NCBI GenBank assembly: GCA_964470765.1
Contig: CAYYDV010000004.1
Span: 1 to 32,264, forward strand
DNA length: 32,264 nt
Direction of reading: 5' to 3'
Origin: an uncultured Candidatus Saccharibacteria bacterium
GTDB taxonomy: Bacteria; Patescibacteriota; Minisyncoccia; Minisyncoccales; JAGGXC01
This document shows, in pieces, positions 1 through 9,976 of the stretch. The notes beneath the pieces are model-generated. The model was not told the DNA's origin, searched no databases, and saw only the letters and a list, made by a program, of their open reading frames with translations. Made by a program: the position numbers and the translations under genes. The first letter of the stretch is position 1. Each line of letters starts with the position of its first letter.

Positions 1-2
1 TG

Positions 3-1835
3 GCCGTGGTTGAAGCTGGTGAACCTCAAATAATTGAGAATAAAGAAGGGGCCAGGACAACTCCTTCAGTTGTTGCTTTGGCCAAAAACGGCGAAAGATT
101 GGTGGGAGTTACAGCTAAACGGCAACAGATTACTAATCCTAGAAATACAATTTTCTCAATTAAAAGATTAATTGGTCGGAGATTTTCTGACCTTGAAGTT
201 CAGAAAGATAAGAAACTTTTACCTTATGAAATTAGAGAAGCTTCTGATGGGGGAGTAGAAGTCAAAATGGGAGAGAAATGGTATAAGCCCTTGGAGATTT
301 CAGCCATGATCTTACAGAAGTTAAAGCAGGATGCCGAGGAAAAATTAGGTGAGAAAATTGAAGAAGCTATTATTACTTGCCCGGCCTATTTTGACGATTC
401 TCAGAGGAAGGCCACTAAAGTTTCTGGTGAAGTGGCTGGCTTTAAAGTCAGAAGAGTAATCAACGAACCCACAGCTGCTGCTTTAGCTTATGGTCTAACC
501 AAAAAGAAAAACCAACAGATTGTCGTTTATGATTTTGGTGGCGGAACTTTCGATATTTCTATTTTAGACGTCAGCGAGGATACAGTAGAAGTAAAAGCTA
601 CTGGTGGTGATACTCATCTAGGCGGAGATGATTTTGACCAGAAAGTAATGGATTGGTTAGTTGACCAATTCAAAAAAGACCAGGGCATTGATTTATCCAA
701 AGACGAGTTGGCCCTCCAGAGATTAAAAGAAGCAGCTGAAAAAGCCAAGATTGAATTATCTACTACTTTAGAAACGGAAATTAATCTTCCTTTTGTCACT
801 TCTGATGCTTCTGGTCCTAAGCATCTCTATTATAAGTTAAGCCGGGCTCAACTTGAGAATCTGGTCAAAGAATATATTGATAAATCAATTGAATTAGTTA
901 AGAAAACTCTTAAGGAAGCTAAATTAGAGCCTAAGGATATTGAAGAAATAGTTTTGGTTGGGGGTCAGACTCGGACACCCAAGATAAGAGAAGAAATTAA
1001 GAACTTCTTTGGTAAAGAGCCTTGTAAAGGAATTAATCCTGATGAGGTAGTGGCTACTGGAGCCGCCATTGAAGCAGGAATTTTACAGGGAGAAGTTAAA
1101 GATGTTTTACTTTTGGATGTTACTCCTTTATCTTTAGGAATTGAAACCTTGGGTAGTGTTAATACTATTTTGATTCCTAAGAATACTACTGTCCCAACAG
1201 CTAAAACCCAGATTTTCTCTACAGCCGCTGATAACCAGCCCCAGGTAGAAGTTCATGTTTTGCAAGGAGAGAGACCAATGGCCGGCGATAACAAAACCTT
1301 GGGTCGGTTTATCTTGGATGGGATTCCGCCGGCTACTCGGGGAGTACCCCAAATTGAAGTAACCTTTGATATTGATGCTAATGGAATTCTGAATGTTTCA
1401 GCTAAAGATAAAGCTACGGCTAAAGAACAATCAATTAGGATTGAGGGTTCTTGCGGGGTTTCCAAAGAAGAGATTGAAAAGATGAAGAAAGAAGCTGAAT
1501 TACATTCTGAAGAAGATAAAAAGAAACAGGAATTGATTGGAGCTCGGAATAAAGCTGATAGTTTGGTTTATGCTACGGAAAAAACTTTAAAAGACAGTGG
1601 AGATAAAATTTCAGCTGATTTGAAAAAAGAAATTGAAGAAAAGGTTAAAGCTTTGAAGAAAGTTAAAGACAGTGATAACATAGAAGAGATAAAAAACAAA
1701 ACCTCAGAACTTTCTCAGGTTATCCAAAAAGTTGGAGCTGAGCTTTATAAACAGTCAGCTGAGAAAAAGCCTGAAGAAGGAGAGAAAAAAGAAGATAAAA
1801 AGGACGCCGAAGAAGGCGATTACAAAGAGAAATAA
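3..1835 (+). CDS. dnaK: Chaperone DnaK (Hsp70), 5' truncated by window edge
   Basis: Motifs [70 protein letters not shown]. Confidence 0.99.
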   Translation, partial: AVVEAGEPQIIENKEGARTTPSVVALAKNGERLVGVTAKRQQITNPRNTIFSIKRLIGRRFSDLEVQKDKKLLPYEIREASDGGVEVKMGEKWYKPLEISAMILQKLKQDAEEKLGEKIEEAIITCPAYFDDSQRKATKVSGEVAGFKVRRVINEPTAAALAYGLTKKKNQQIVVYDFGGGTFDISILDVSEDTVEVKATGGDTHLGGDDFDQKVMDWLVDQFKKDQGIDLSKDELALQRLKEAAEKAKIELSTTLETEINLPFVTSDASGPKHLYYKLSRAQLENLVKEYIDKSIELVKKTLKEAKLEPKDIEEIVLVGGQTRTPKIREEIKNFFGKEPCKGINPDEVVATGAAIEAGILQGEVKDVLLLDVTPLSLGIETLGSVNTILIPKNTTVPTAKTQIFSTAADNQPQVEVHVLQGERPMAGDNKTLGRFILDGIPPATRGVPQIEVTFDIDANGILNVSAKDKATAKEQSIRIEGSCGVSKEEIEKMKKEAELHSEEDKKKQELIGARNKADSLVYATEKTLKDSGDKISADLKKEIEEKVKALKKVKDSDNIEEIKNKTSELSQVIQKVGAELYKQSAEKKPEEGEKKEDKKDAEEGDYKEK

Positions 1836-1837
1836 TT

Positions 1838-2914
1838 ATGGAAGACTATTATAAAATTTTAGGCGTTCCTCGGAGCGCCACTCAAATTGAAATTAAAAAG
1901 GCCTATCGGAACCTAGCTCATAAGTATCATCCTGATAAAGGAGGAGATGAGAAGAAATTTAAGGAAATTAATGAAGCTTATCAGGTTCTTTCTGATAAGG
2001 AAAAAAGAACTCAGTACGATAGCTTTGGCCAAGTTTTTGAAGGAGGTCAAACTGGACCCGGTTTTGATTTTCGACAGTGGCAGGATTTTAAACCAGGTTT
2101 TGATTTTGAAGGATTCGGAGATTTGGGAGAGATGTTTGAAGAGTTCTTTGGTGGGGGAGTGGCTAGTCGGAAAAAGGACTTAAGGAGAGGAAAAGATATT
2201 CAAATTGGCATTGAAATTCCCTTAGAAGAAACATTAGCTGACCAGGAAAAAGAGCTTGTCTTGACTAAACAAGTTGTTTGCTCTCGTTGTAATGGAAAAG
2301 GGGGAGAGCCAGGCACTTCAGTTAAGGAATGTTTTTCTTGTCGGGGAACGGGTCAGGTTCAGCAGATTAAACGGACATTTTTTGGAACAGTAACTAGATA
2401 TGTTGTTTGTCCTGAATGTAGTGGTCAAGGTTCTAAGCCGGAGAAGCCTTGTAATGTTTGTAAAGGCGAAGGAAGGGTTCAGAAAGAAGAGAAGATAAAG
2501 GTTATTATCCCAGCTGGAGTAGACTCCAATCAGATTTTGAAAATTAAAGGTCAAGGTGAGGCCGGCCGGAGAGGAGGGAAACCGGGCGATTTATATTTAC
2601 GAATTTTAGTAAAAAGACATCCTGTTTTTGGGAGAAAAGGAGATGATTTATATATTAGAAAGGATATTTCTTTTTCCCAAGTAGCCTTGGGAGATGAGAT
2701 TGAAATTCCTACTTTAGAAGATAAGAAAATTTTGCTGAGAGTTCCAGCAGGAACTGAATCAGGTAAGATTTTCCGAATTTCCAAAAAAGGCATTCCTCAT
2801 TTTGGTGGCTTTGGCAGAGGGGATCTTTATGTTGAACTTATAATCAAGACTCCTCAAAAATTAACCAAAAAACAAAAAGAATTACTGGAGAAATTGAAAG
2901 AAGAAGGAGTATAG
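1838..2914 (+). CDS. dnaJ: Co-chaperone DnaJ
   Basis: J domain with HPD, G/F-rich region, four CxxCxGxG repeats, follows dnaK. Confidence 0.99.
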   Translation: MEDYYKILGVPRSATQIEIKKAYRNLAHKYHPDKGGDEKKFKEINEAYQVLSDKEKRTQYDSFGQVFEGGQTGPGFDFRQWQDFKPGFDFEGFGDLGEMFEEFFGGGVASRKKDLRRGKDIQIGIEIPLEETLADQEKELVLTKQVVCSRCNGKGGEPGTSVKECFSCRGTGQVQQIKRTFFGTVTRYVVCPECSGQGSKPEKPCNVCKGEGRVQKEEKIKVIIPAGVDSNQILKIKGQGEAGRRGGKPGDLYLRILVKRHPVFGRKGDDLYIRKDISFSQVALGDEIEIPTLEDKKILLRVPAGTESGKIFRISKKGIPHFGGFGRGDLYVELIIKTPQKLTKKQKELLEKLKEEGV

Positions 2915-2936
2915 TTCAAATCCTAGCGCCGGAGCA
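2914..2936 (+). other. 3' fragment of a tRNA (Asn-like), possible att-site remnant
   Basis: GTTCAAAT-CCTAG-CGCCGGA-G reads as T-loop, 3' T-stem, acceptor strand and G discriminator; no 5' half present. Confidence 0.45.
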
Positions 2937-2974
2937 CCGAATTTCCGTCACCTCTCGTTGTAAAGAAGGTACTA

Positions 2975-3004
2975 TTGACAAATCTATATTAAGTGTGGTA
3001 CAAT
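2975..3004 (+). promoter_or_regulatory. Sigma70-type promoter
   Basis: TTGACA-18-TACAAT with TG extension, followed by SD GGAGG at 3013. Confidence 0.7.
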
Positions 3005-3024
3005 ATAATTACGGAGGTGATGAA

Positions 3025-3282
3025 ATACTTATCACTACTAATACAGAGATTACCTATTTCGTAGAAAGAGACGGGAGGGTTAGTAAGATAGTTGAAAACT
3101 CTCCTGTAGAGGTAGGGTCAGGTGGAAAGCTACTTGGCGCAAAAGAAGGTCTAAGACTATTCTTCAAGACCAATGGTTCAGACTCGGATGTCAAAGAGGC
3201 AAAGGATGTTGTTCCGCAGTCTGCACTCCCTGCTTATGTAGGACTGGTAGCTACTAGCCCTGTCAATATGGTGCTCGTCTAA
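3025..3282 (+). CDS. Small hypothetical protein, probable ATA start
   Basis: Track GTG at 2995 lies inside the promoter; GGAGG-N7-ATA at 3025 is in frame. Confidence 0.55.
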   Translation: MLITTNTEITYFVERDGRVSKIVENSPVEVGSGGKLLGAKEGLRLFFKTNGSDSDVKEAKDVVPQSALPAYVGLVATSPVNMVLV

Positions 3283-3488
3283 ATCCTCCCTCAAAATAGG
3301 TGGCGGGACTCACAAGAGTAAAGAAGCCAATATGCTTCTACCTTCCCGTCTTAATCCCTAAGTAAGCATTTGCAAAAAGGTTTATTTAGGACAAAAAATC
3401 AACTCAAAACGAGTTGGTTTTCTGTTCACAGGCAGATTCTAACATTACCCAGCCACGGGAATTTTGAAAGTTCTCAAATCAATAGAAG

Positions 3489-3520
3489 AAATCGCCAAGA
3501 GGGCGATTTTTTGATAGAAT
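3489..3520 (+). repeat. Hairpin/promoter repeat R1
   Basis: ATCGCC-AAGAG-GGCGAT-T run; TCGCCA-17-TAGAAT; near-identical copies at 4634, 5200, 6293 and 28016(-). Confidence 0.75.
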
Positions 3521-3535
3521 AAAGAAAAGATTTTT

Positions 3536-4573
3536 ATGACAAAAATTTTCTTAACAAAAGAAGAAGAATCTATACTTGAATCCATTAAAATAGGGTCGGA
3601 TAACAATCCTATGGAGCCAGGATTTCCACCAGATGATCCAAAATTTCCGGCCACGCCGATAAAAAAGATAGAAGTTTCTGAATTCAAAAACGTTTCTGTT
3701 AAAGATGAAAGCGTGAACCCTACAGGAACTTTCAAAGACAGACTTACATGGAAAATTATAACAAGATACAGGGATTTTTTAATGGCTAAGAAGGAGGGCC
3801 TCGTGGAGGGTCCTTTGCCTCAGTTTTCTTCAATAAGTTACGGAAATACTGCGATTTCCTTGGCCGAAATGTTTGAAAAATATAACCTGCCAAAACCCAA
3901 AATACTTGTGGATGTCGATATACCCGATAAGATTCATAATTATCTGAAAAAATGCTACTGTGAAATTTATACCTGTAGTTTACACAAAAAAGCTTTGTAT
4001 CCTGAAGAGATACTAAGGCTAACAAATAACCTGAGCGGATTTGACATTACCTCAAATGAAGCTTTAGATCAGCATACTGCTCTTTACGACTGGATGTCTT
4101 TTGAAATTATTAACGAAATACCAGATTATATTCTTGTTCCTTTCGGATCAGGTTGCCTTTATGAAAACATATGTAACACGATAAAAAACGAAGTTCTAAA
4201 AAGTGGGGAAAAGGACCCACGATTAAATGTAGATATAAATAAAGTTAGGAAGTGTCATGTGATTGGTGTAACCGTAGATTATTCTAAAAGTGAAGCATAT
4301 ATGCTTTATTCAGTCTACAGTCCGTTTAGGCAATTTAATAAACAGTGGATTAGTTTCTTTAAAACGTTCGGATATGTAGGTAGACATTCGGACGTTCATT
4401 TTGTGAATGAGGAACACATAAGAGAAGCGTACGAACTTTTGAATTCTCAAGGAATTCGTTGTGAACACTCTGGAGCTGCCGGGCTCGCTTATCTTTTAGA
4501 AAATAAAGATAAATTCCCAAAAAACAAAAAAATATTAGTAATAAACACAGGAAGAGGAAAGTGGTGTGAATAA
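3536..4573 (+). CDS. PLP-dependent fold-type II enzyme (threonine synthase-like)
   Basis: KDESVNPTGTFKDR (PLP lysine), GNTAISLA, PFGSG, EHSGAAGLA, INTGRG. Confidence 0.85.
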   Translation: MTKIFLTKEEESILESIKIGSDNNPMEPGFPPDDPKFPATPIKKIEVSEFKNVSVKDESVNPTGTFKDRLTWKIITRYRDFLMAKKEGLVEGPLPQFSSISYGNTAISLAEMFEKYNLPKPKILVDVDIPDKIHNYLKKCYCEIYTCSLHKKALYPEEILRLTNNLSGFDITSNEALDQHTALYDWMSFEIINEIPDYILVPFGSGCLYENICNTIKNEVLKSGEKDPRLNVDINKVRKCHVIGVTVDYSKSEAYMLYSVYSPFRQFNKQWISFFKTFGYVGRHSDVHFVNEEHIREAYELLNSQGIRCEHSGAAGLAYLLENKDKFPKNKKILVINTGRGKWCE

Positions 4574-4633
4574 TGTGGTAGATGTAGGGACAGCAACTTA
4601 GGGCACAGTTCGAGAGATCGAGAGACCTAAAAG

Positions 4634-4656
4634 AATCGCCAAGAAGGCGGTTTTTT
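4634..4656 (+). repeat. Hairpin repeat R2
   Basis: AATCGCCAAGAAGGCGGTTTTTT. Confidence 0.75.
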
Positions 4657-4737
4657 GTAAAGCCTTGAAATTAAACCCAGGGTTTGTTACTATCTAAGTA
4701 GAATCTTTACAAAATTGTTTAGATTGGAGGCAAAATA

Positions 4738-5112
4738 ATGAATAAAATAAAAAGCGAATGGGACGAAGTTATAGGTAAATATGGAGACAAGGATACATTT
4801 AAGTTTTGGTCATCTAAGATAAAAGGTAAGGGAGATGAAACTTTGGAAAAAGGAGTATCTCTTAAGAAATGGACAAAAGTTATTATTCTCAACCCGAAAG
4901 GGGAACCAGATACTACCTTCTTAATAGGATATGTTCCATATTTTGGAGATATTACAGTAGCTAGGGTGACAAGAAGAATATATAGAGGACCTTTTGGAAT
5001 GAGAATGGGACCTGAAGACTGTGAATTCTTTATTGTAAGCAACCACAAAGAAGTCGAGTTAGAATTTGTGCGTTATGCTCCTATAGGTGAATCAGGAATA
5101 GACCTTTATTAA
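4738..5112 (+). CDS. Hypothetical protein
   Basis: 124 aa ORF with own TTGAAA-17-TACTAT promoter, GGAGG SD and downstream terminator. Confidence 0.7.
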   Translation: MNKIKSEWDEVIGKYGDKDTFKFWSSKIKGKGDETLEKGVSLKKWTKVIILNPKGEPDTTFLIGYVPYFGDITVARVTRRIYRGPFGMRMGPEDCEFFIVSNHKEVELEFVRYAPIGESGIDLY

Positions 5113-5132
5113 GGAGAACAAAGATTTAAATT

Positions 5133-5157
5133 GAGGCTCAATCCAGCCTCTTTTTTT
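5133..5157 (+). terminator. Intrinsic terminator
   Basis: GAGGCT-loop-AGCCTC followed by T7. Confidence 0.7.
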
Positions 5158-5199
5158 ATTTAAACCCCCACCAAAAATTTGTTTGAGAGCCGTCGCTTC

Positions 5200-5229
5200 A
5201 TCGCCAAGAAGGCGGTTTTTTGATAAAAT
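5200..5229 (+). repeat. Hairpin/promoter repeat R3
   Basis: ATCGCCAAGAAGGCGGTTTTTT; TCGCCA-17-TAAAAT with TG extension. Confidence 0.75.
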
Positions 5230-5236
5230 GAGATAT

Positions 5237-5812
5237 ATGAATGATGTTGAAATAGAAATCACAGTTCAAATTGAGAATAGTAAACCGTTAACAGAGTTTT
5301 TAGAGAAAGAAGCTGAATTTAAGAAGGAGAAGCATCAAATTGATGAGTATTTTTCTCCAGCTCATCGTAATTTTATTGAAATTAGGCCAGTTAAAGAATG
5401 GTTAAGGTTGAGAGATGAAGACGGTAACTATTCTCTAAATTACAAAAACTGGCATTATGATGAGAACAATAAGAATTCTTGTTATTGTGATGAATATGAA
5501 ACTAAGGTAGAGAAGATAGATAAGGTTAAAAAGATATTAGAAGTTCTTAATTTTAAATCTCTGGTTATAGTTGATAAGATAAGAAAAACTTGGGTTTGGA
5601 AAGATTATGAGATTGATGTAGATACAGTTAAAGGATTAGGAGATTTTGTAGAGATTGAATACATTGGCAAAGAGGAAGTGGAGCCAAAGAAAACGACTGA
5701 TGAAATGGTAGATTTTCTTAAAAAGCTTGGTTGTGAAAAGTTAAAAAGGGATTATGTAGGTTACCCTTTTAAATTACTTTTTCCCGACGAAGTAAAACTT
5801 GAAGAACAGTAA
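5237..5812 (+). CDS. CYTH-domain protein (class IV adenylate cyclase CyaB-like)
   Basis: EIEI N-terminal motif, DEYF, WLRLR, VDKIR, DTVKGLGDFVEIE; start moved to the ATG downstream of the -10 element. Confidence 0.88.
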   Translation: MNDVEIEITVQIENSKPLTEFLEKEAEFKKEKHQIDEYFSPAHRNFIEIRPVKEWLRLRDEDGNYSLNYKNWHYDENNKNSCYCDEYETKVEKIDKVKKILEVLNFKSLVIVDKIRKTWVWKDYEIDVDTVKGLGDFVEIEYIGKEEVEPKKTTDEMVDFLKKLGCEKLKRDYVGYPFKLLFPDEVKLEEQ

Positions 5813-5821
5813 ATAAAATAT

Positions 5822-6259
5822 ATGAAAAAAGATAATTACGCAACCTTCGAAATTGGTTTTAAAATACTTTTAAGGAAGGGCGATAAAGTGTTGTTTTTGA
5901 GAATGGCTCATAAGAATTATTTTAATCTACTGGATTTACCAGGCGGTCGAGTTGATAGAGGAGAAGAAGGAGCTCCGTTTAAAAAGATAGTCAATCGAGA
6001 AGTTAAAGAAGAAATAGGTAAAGGAGTGAGGTATAAAATGGGTGGCTTTGCCTTTCAGCATCGGAGATATGACAAATCAAGACAGATTTACGTCCTGATT
6101 AATATCTATGAGGGAAAATACTTATCTGGCAAGATTAGGCTTTCGTCCGAACACCTTAGTTATGAGTGGATAAATCCAAAGAAATATAAATTTAGAAAAA
6201 AGAATTTTTTCTGCGAAGAAGAATATTTAGCTTTCAGAAGATATCTTAAATTTAAATGA
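5822..6259 (+). CDS. NUDIX hydrolase
   Basis: LPGGRVDRGE...REVKEEIG Nudix box, SSEH..YEW. Confidence 0.88.
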   Translation: MKKDNYATFEIGFKILLRKGDKVLFLRMAHKNYFNLLDLPGGRVDRGEEGAPFKKIVNREVKEEIGKGVRYKMGGFAFQHRRYDKSRQIYVLINIYEGKYLSGKIRLSSEHLSYEWINPKKYKFRKKNFFCEEEYLAFRRYLKFK

Positions 6260-6292
6260 AACTAATACTTATTCGGGTCTTTATGATTTTAG

Positions 6293-6343
6293 TCGCCAAG
6301 GGGGCGATTTCTTGTTTACACTGAGTTCATCGAAGTGGTAGAA
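6293..6343 (+). repeat. Hairpin repeat R4 with an inserted REP-like palindrome
   Basis: TCGCCAAGGGGGCGATTT, then CACTGAGTTCATCGAAGTG, then TAGAATAAAGAA as in R1. Confidence 0.6.
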
Positions 6344-6359
6344 TAAAGAAGTAAAAAAT

Positions 6360-7091
6360 ATGAGTAAAAATAAACTTTATTTTGTTTCTGATGCTCATCT
6401 CGGCATGAATACAAAAGAAGAAGACATTAGTGAGAAGAAGCTTGTTGATTTTTTCAACTTTATAAAAGATTCTGCTAAAGAGCTCTACTTGGTCGGTGAT
6501 ATTTTTGATTTCTGGTTTGAGTATAGAACAGTAATACCTGCTGGGCATTTTAAGGTTTTTGTCGCTTTGCACAACCTTTTTTTATCAGGAACAAAAATTA
6601 TTTATGTTGGCGGAAATCATGATTTTTGGAAAGGTAATTTTTTAACAAAAGAAGTAGGGATGGAAGTTCATTTTGAACCTATTACAGTAGAAATTGGAGG
6701 AAAGAAGGTTCTTATTCATCATGGTGATGGGTTTTTGAAATCTACTTTGAATTTCAGTTTTTCGAAAAAAATACTTAGAAACAAAGTAAGCATTTTCTTA
6801 TATAAATTAATTCATCCTGATATAGGTATTCCTTTAGGAAGAAAGGTGGTAGGAAGAATCAGGGAAAATGTGTATAAGAAAGTGGATTTAGATAAGGCCC
6901 GTTTAGAGTATAGACAGGCGGCCATTAAATTCCTTGAAGATTCTGATGTTGATGCTCTTATTATGGGGCATACTCATAAAGCTGATTTTTATAGCAAAGA
7001 TAGTAAAACCTATATAAACCTAGGAAACTGGATTTCTGATTTTAACTATGCAGTTCTGGAAGACAGGAAATTTTATTTGAAAAATTTCTAA
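6360..7091 (+). CDS. Calcineurin-like metallophosphoesterase, UDP-2,3-diacylglucosamine hydrolase (LpxH)-like
   Basis: SDAHLG, GDIFDFW, GNHD, HGDG, MGHTH, NLGNW. Confidence 0.88.
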   Translation: MSKNKLYFVSDAHLGMNTKEEDISEKKLVDFFNFIKDSAKELYLVGDIFDFWFEYRTVIPAGHFKVFVALHNLFLSGTKIIYVGGNHDFWKGNFLTKEVGMEVHFEPITVEIGGKKVLIHHGDGFLKSTLNFSFSKKILRNKVSIFLYKLIHPDIGIPLGRKVVGRIRENVYKKVDLDKARLEYRQAAIKFLEDSDVDALIMGHTHKADFYSKDSKTYINLGNWISDFNYAVLEDRKFYLKNF

Positions 7092-7175
7092 ACAATCCTA
7101 CCTTGACTTTTTTTGAAAATATATTATACTATTATTAGTAACATTGAAAAGTTCATATAGAACGGAGGTGAAAGA

Positions 7176-7802
7176 ATAGTAGAAATCAAGAATGCTATTT
7201 TTGATTGGTCTGGCACAATAAGCAACTCTTTGGTTCCTGTTTATCTCCTAGTAATGGGGATATTCCGAAAATTAGGTTTTAAAGAAATGAGCGAAATGAG
7301 TATTAAAGAATTTAGAGAAAGGGTTTCCTTTGTATTTATGCCTTTCTATAATTTGGTTATAAGATTATTTAATCTGGAACTAGAAAAGGTGCTATTACGG
7401 ATAACTCGTTCAGATGAAAAACCAGAATTGTTTCCTGAAATAAAAGAGTCATTGGAGTTTCTACATGCGAAAGGGATAAACTTAGCTGTTTTGACTTACC
7501 ATCTTCAAGAAGAACTTGAGAAGGATATAAAAGATTTAGGACTCCAGGGTCTATTCATTGACATAGAAGGCAGCGTTAAAAACAAGAAGCGAGCGATTAT
7601 TAGGATGATAACGAGAAACAAGTTTAAACCTGAAGAGACGATATATTTCACAGATATGGTGTCTGATATAAAAACTTGTAGAGAGGCAAGAATTAGAGTC
7701 ATTGCAATTACTTGGGGAAATGGACCAAGGTATAAGTTAGTTGCGGCAAACCCAGATTCTCTCATAGATAATCGATCAGAAATAAAAAAGATTATTCTCT
7801 AG
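7176..7802 (+). CDS. HAD-family hydrolase, probable ATA start
   Basis: Motif I (IFDWSGT) lies upstream of the track TTG; in-frame stop at 7158; GGAGG-N7-ATA at 7176; C-terminal TDMVSDI and ITWG motifs. Confidence 0.8.
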   Translation: MVEIKNAIFDWSGTISNSLVPVYLLVMGIFRKLGFKEMSEMSIKEFRERVSFVFMPFYNLVIRLFNLELEKVLLRITRSDEKPELFPEIKESLEFLHAKGINLAVLTYHLQEELEKDIKDLGLQGLFIDIEGSVKNKKRAIIRMITRNKFKPEETIYFTDMVSDIKTCREARIRVIAITWGNGPRYKLVAANPDSLIDNRSEIKKIIL

Positions 7803-7840
7803 GCGGCCTAAAAAGTCGCGCTCTTTTTTTTGCAATACTA

Positions 7841-7868
7841 TTGACAAATCTTATAAATTTGATATAAT
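7841..7868 (+). promoter_or_regulatory. Sigma70-type promoter
   Basis: TTGACA-16-TATAAT with TG; TACTATTGACAAATCT identical to 2970-2985. Confidence 0.7.
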
Positions 7869-7908
7869 ATAAGTAATCTTTTAAAACAGAAAAAGGAGAT
7901 GAAGAAAG

Positions 7909-8499
7909 TTGAAATTTGGAACTCTTGTAGGAATGGGGCTGATTGCAATGCCAGATGTAGCGACGGGAATCTTGATTATACATATAGTAGGGAAACTTCT
8001 TAGTTATAATATTCCAATCTATTTTTATCCAATAGGAATGTTTTTATCTCTACTTCCTGATGCCAATCTTGTGTTAATGCTGATAAGGAAAGAAAAGAGC
8101 TTTTACGGTCATAGGAAGCTTGATCACTGTCCGTTGGTTATTCTTTCTATCGTTTTGACTATTACAATCGTTCTGTACTTGTTGAGTATTTTACCTGGAT
8201 TCTGGGTTATTGTTGTTAATCTTTGTTTGTTCGGTCATTTCGTTCATGACAGTATAGAATACGATTACGGAAGGGGATTACAATGGTTATATCCTTTAGG
8301 AAAGAAATACTATAAGCTATTCGGCAGGAAAGACGGAAAGAGACGGGTGATTGTTTCTTACAATGAAGATTTAGCAGATGGTCAAGAACCGCTAAGTATG
8401 GAGCAGGAAATCAATAAATATTGGCTGAAGTTGAACCGCTTTTCATTGTCTTCCATTGTTACTTTTTTGATAGCTGTGGCTGTTTATTTCGTCTGGTAG
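7909..8499 (+). CDS. Membrane-bound metal-dependent hydrolase (YdjM-like)
   Basis: SLLPD, HRKLDH, HFVHD, GLQWLYPL motifs with hydrophobic segments. Confidence 0.75.
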   Translation: MKFGTLVGMGLIAMPDVATGILIIHIVGKLLSYNIPIYFYPIGMFLSLLPDANLVLMLIRKEKSFYGHRKLDHCPLVILSIVLTITIVLYLLSILPGFWVIVVNLCLFGHFVHDSIEYDYGRGLQWLYPLGKKYYKLFGRKDGKRRVIVSYNEDLADGQEPLSMEQEINKYWLKLNRFSLSSIVTFLIAVAVYFVW

Positions 8500-8522
8500 C
8501 ATCTCCAAATCTCTAAACATAG

Positions 8523-8558
8523 TTGCCTAAGTAAGATTTACTTAGGCAAAATTTTTTT
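8523..8558 (+). terminator. Intrinsic terminator
   Basis: 12-bp stem TTGCCTAAGTAA/TTACTTAGGCAA, then T run. Confidence 0.7.
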
Positions 8559-8615
8559 ATTTAAATGCCTATCAAATTGTTGATTTTATTCTTAAAAATG
8601 ATAAACTGTAATCAA

Positions 8616-8689
8616 GCGCCTATAGCTCAACTAGGCAGAGCAGGACCCTTTTAAGGTCAAGGTTGCAGGTTCGATTCCTGCTGGGCGCA
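8616..8689 (+). tRNA. tRNA-Lys(UUU), CCA not encoded
   Basis: Acceptor GCGCCTA/TGGGCGC, D arm GCTC/GAGC, anticodon loop CT-TTT-AA, T arm GCAGG-TTCGATT-CCTGC. Confidence 0.95.
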
Positions 8690-8751
8690 CATTTTTTTAT
8701 TTTTTAAAATTGTCTAGACTAGAATCTTAAAATTTGCTATATCAAATTAAT

Positions 8752-9921
8752 ATGAAGAAAAAATTATCCCTGATCTTTATAATCGTAATAATACTGACTA
8801 GTTTTGGTTTGGGGATCTTATTTGGAAAGTCTTCAATAGTTTGTCAGGTTTGTCCTCCCGAAGATCTTGACTTTTCTTTGTTCTGGGAAGCCTGGAGAAC
8901 TTTGGAAGATAAGTTTGTAGAACCGGAAAGACTTGATATTCAAGAAATGATTTATGGAGCAATTTCGGGAATGGTAAAAGCTCTGGAAGATCCTTATACT
9001 ACTTTTCTGGACCCGGAAAAATCAAAGATATTTTCTGAAGACATTTCTGGTGAGTTTGAAGGAGTGGGAATGGAAATTGGCATAAGAGAAGAAGAACTTC
9101 AGGTTATCGCTCCTTTAGAAGGAACTCCAGCTCAAAGAGCCGGATTAAGAGCCGGAGATAAGATAATAAAAATAGATGGTGAGTCAGCCTTAGATATTAC
9201 GATTGAAGAAGCAGTCAGTTTAATTAGAGGGCCTAAAGGAACAGAAGTTACCTTAACTATCTTTCGGGAAGATTGGGAGGAGACCCGAGAAATTAAAATC
9301 ATTAGAGCAATAATTGAAATTCCTTCTTTGAGATGGGAACTAAAAGAAGGAGATATAGCCTATATCAAGCTTTACCATTTTACTCAAAGAGCATCTTCTA
9401 AATTTGATACTATGGCTGTAGAAATTCTTAATAGCCCGGCTAAGAGAATAATTTTGGACCTAAGAAATAATCCCGGCGGTTATTTAGAAGTAGCCCAAGA
9501 TATTACGGGTTGGTTTTTGAAAAGAGGTCAGGTTGTGGCTATTGAAGTTTTGGGGGAAGGAGAAGAAAAAGAGTATAAATCTAAAAGAGCGGGAGCTTTT
9601 TTAGAATATCCAGTAGTTTGTTTGATAAATAAAGGAAGCGCTTCGGGTGCGGAGATTTTAGTAGGAGCTTTGAGAGATAATCGAGGAGTGATTATAATCG
9701 GAGAAGGTTCTTTTGGGAAAGGGTCGGTCCAAGAACTGATCAGACTAAAAGATGGTTCTAACTTAAAAATTACTATAGCTAAATGGTTAACTCCCAATAG
9801 AGAATCGATTACCGATGTTGGAATTAAGCCTAATATTGAAATTGAAATAACCGAAGAAGATTATCAAGAAGGAAGAGATCCCCAATTAGAAAAAGCCATT
9901 GAAGTAGTAAAAGAATTGTAG
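8752..9921 (+). CDS. ctpA: S41 family carboxy-terminal processing protease
   Basis: N-terminal TM, DPYT, PDZ (GVGMEI), DLRNNPGG, SASGAEI, FGKGSVQ. Confidence 0.95.
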   Translation: MKKKLSLIFIIVIILTSFGLGILFGKSSIVCQVCPPEDLDFSLFWEAWRTLEDKFVEPERLDIQEMIYGAISGMVKALEDPYTTFLDPEKSKIFSEDISGEFEGVGMEIGIREEELQVIAPLEGTPAQRAGLRAGDKIIKIDGESALDITIEEAVSLIRGPKGTEVTLTIFREDWEETREIKIIRAIIEIPSLRWELKEGDIAYIKLYHFTQRASSKFDTMAVEILNSPAKRIILDLRNNPGGYLEVAQDITGWFLKRGQVVAIEVLGEGEEKEYKSKRAGAFLEYPVVCLINKGSASGAEILVGALRDNRGVIIIGEGSFGKGSVQELIRLKDGSNLKITIAKWLTPNRESITDVGIKPNIEIEITEEDYQEGRDPQLEKAIEVVKEL

Positions 9922-9976
9922 TAATAAAGTTGAAATAATAAGCAGGAACTTATATAATACTATAATAGTTTGCAAT

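Noticed and set aside
5163-5182. CCCCCACCAAAAATTTG half palindrome
   Set aside because: Single incomplete copy in the window; cannot support a repeat call.
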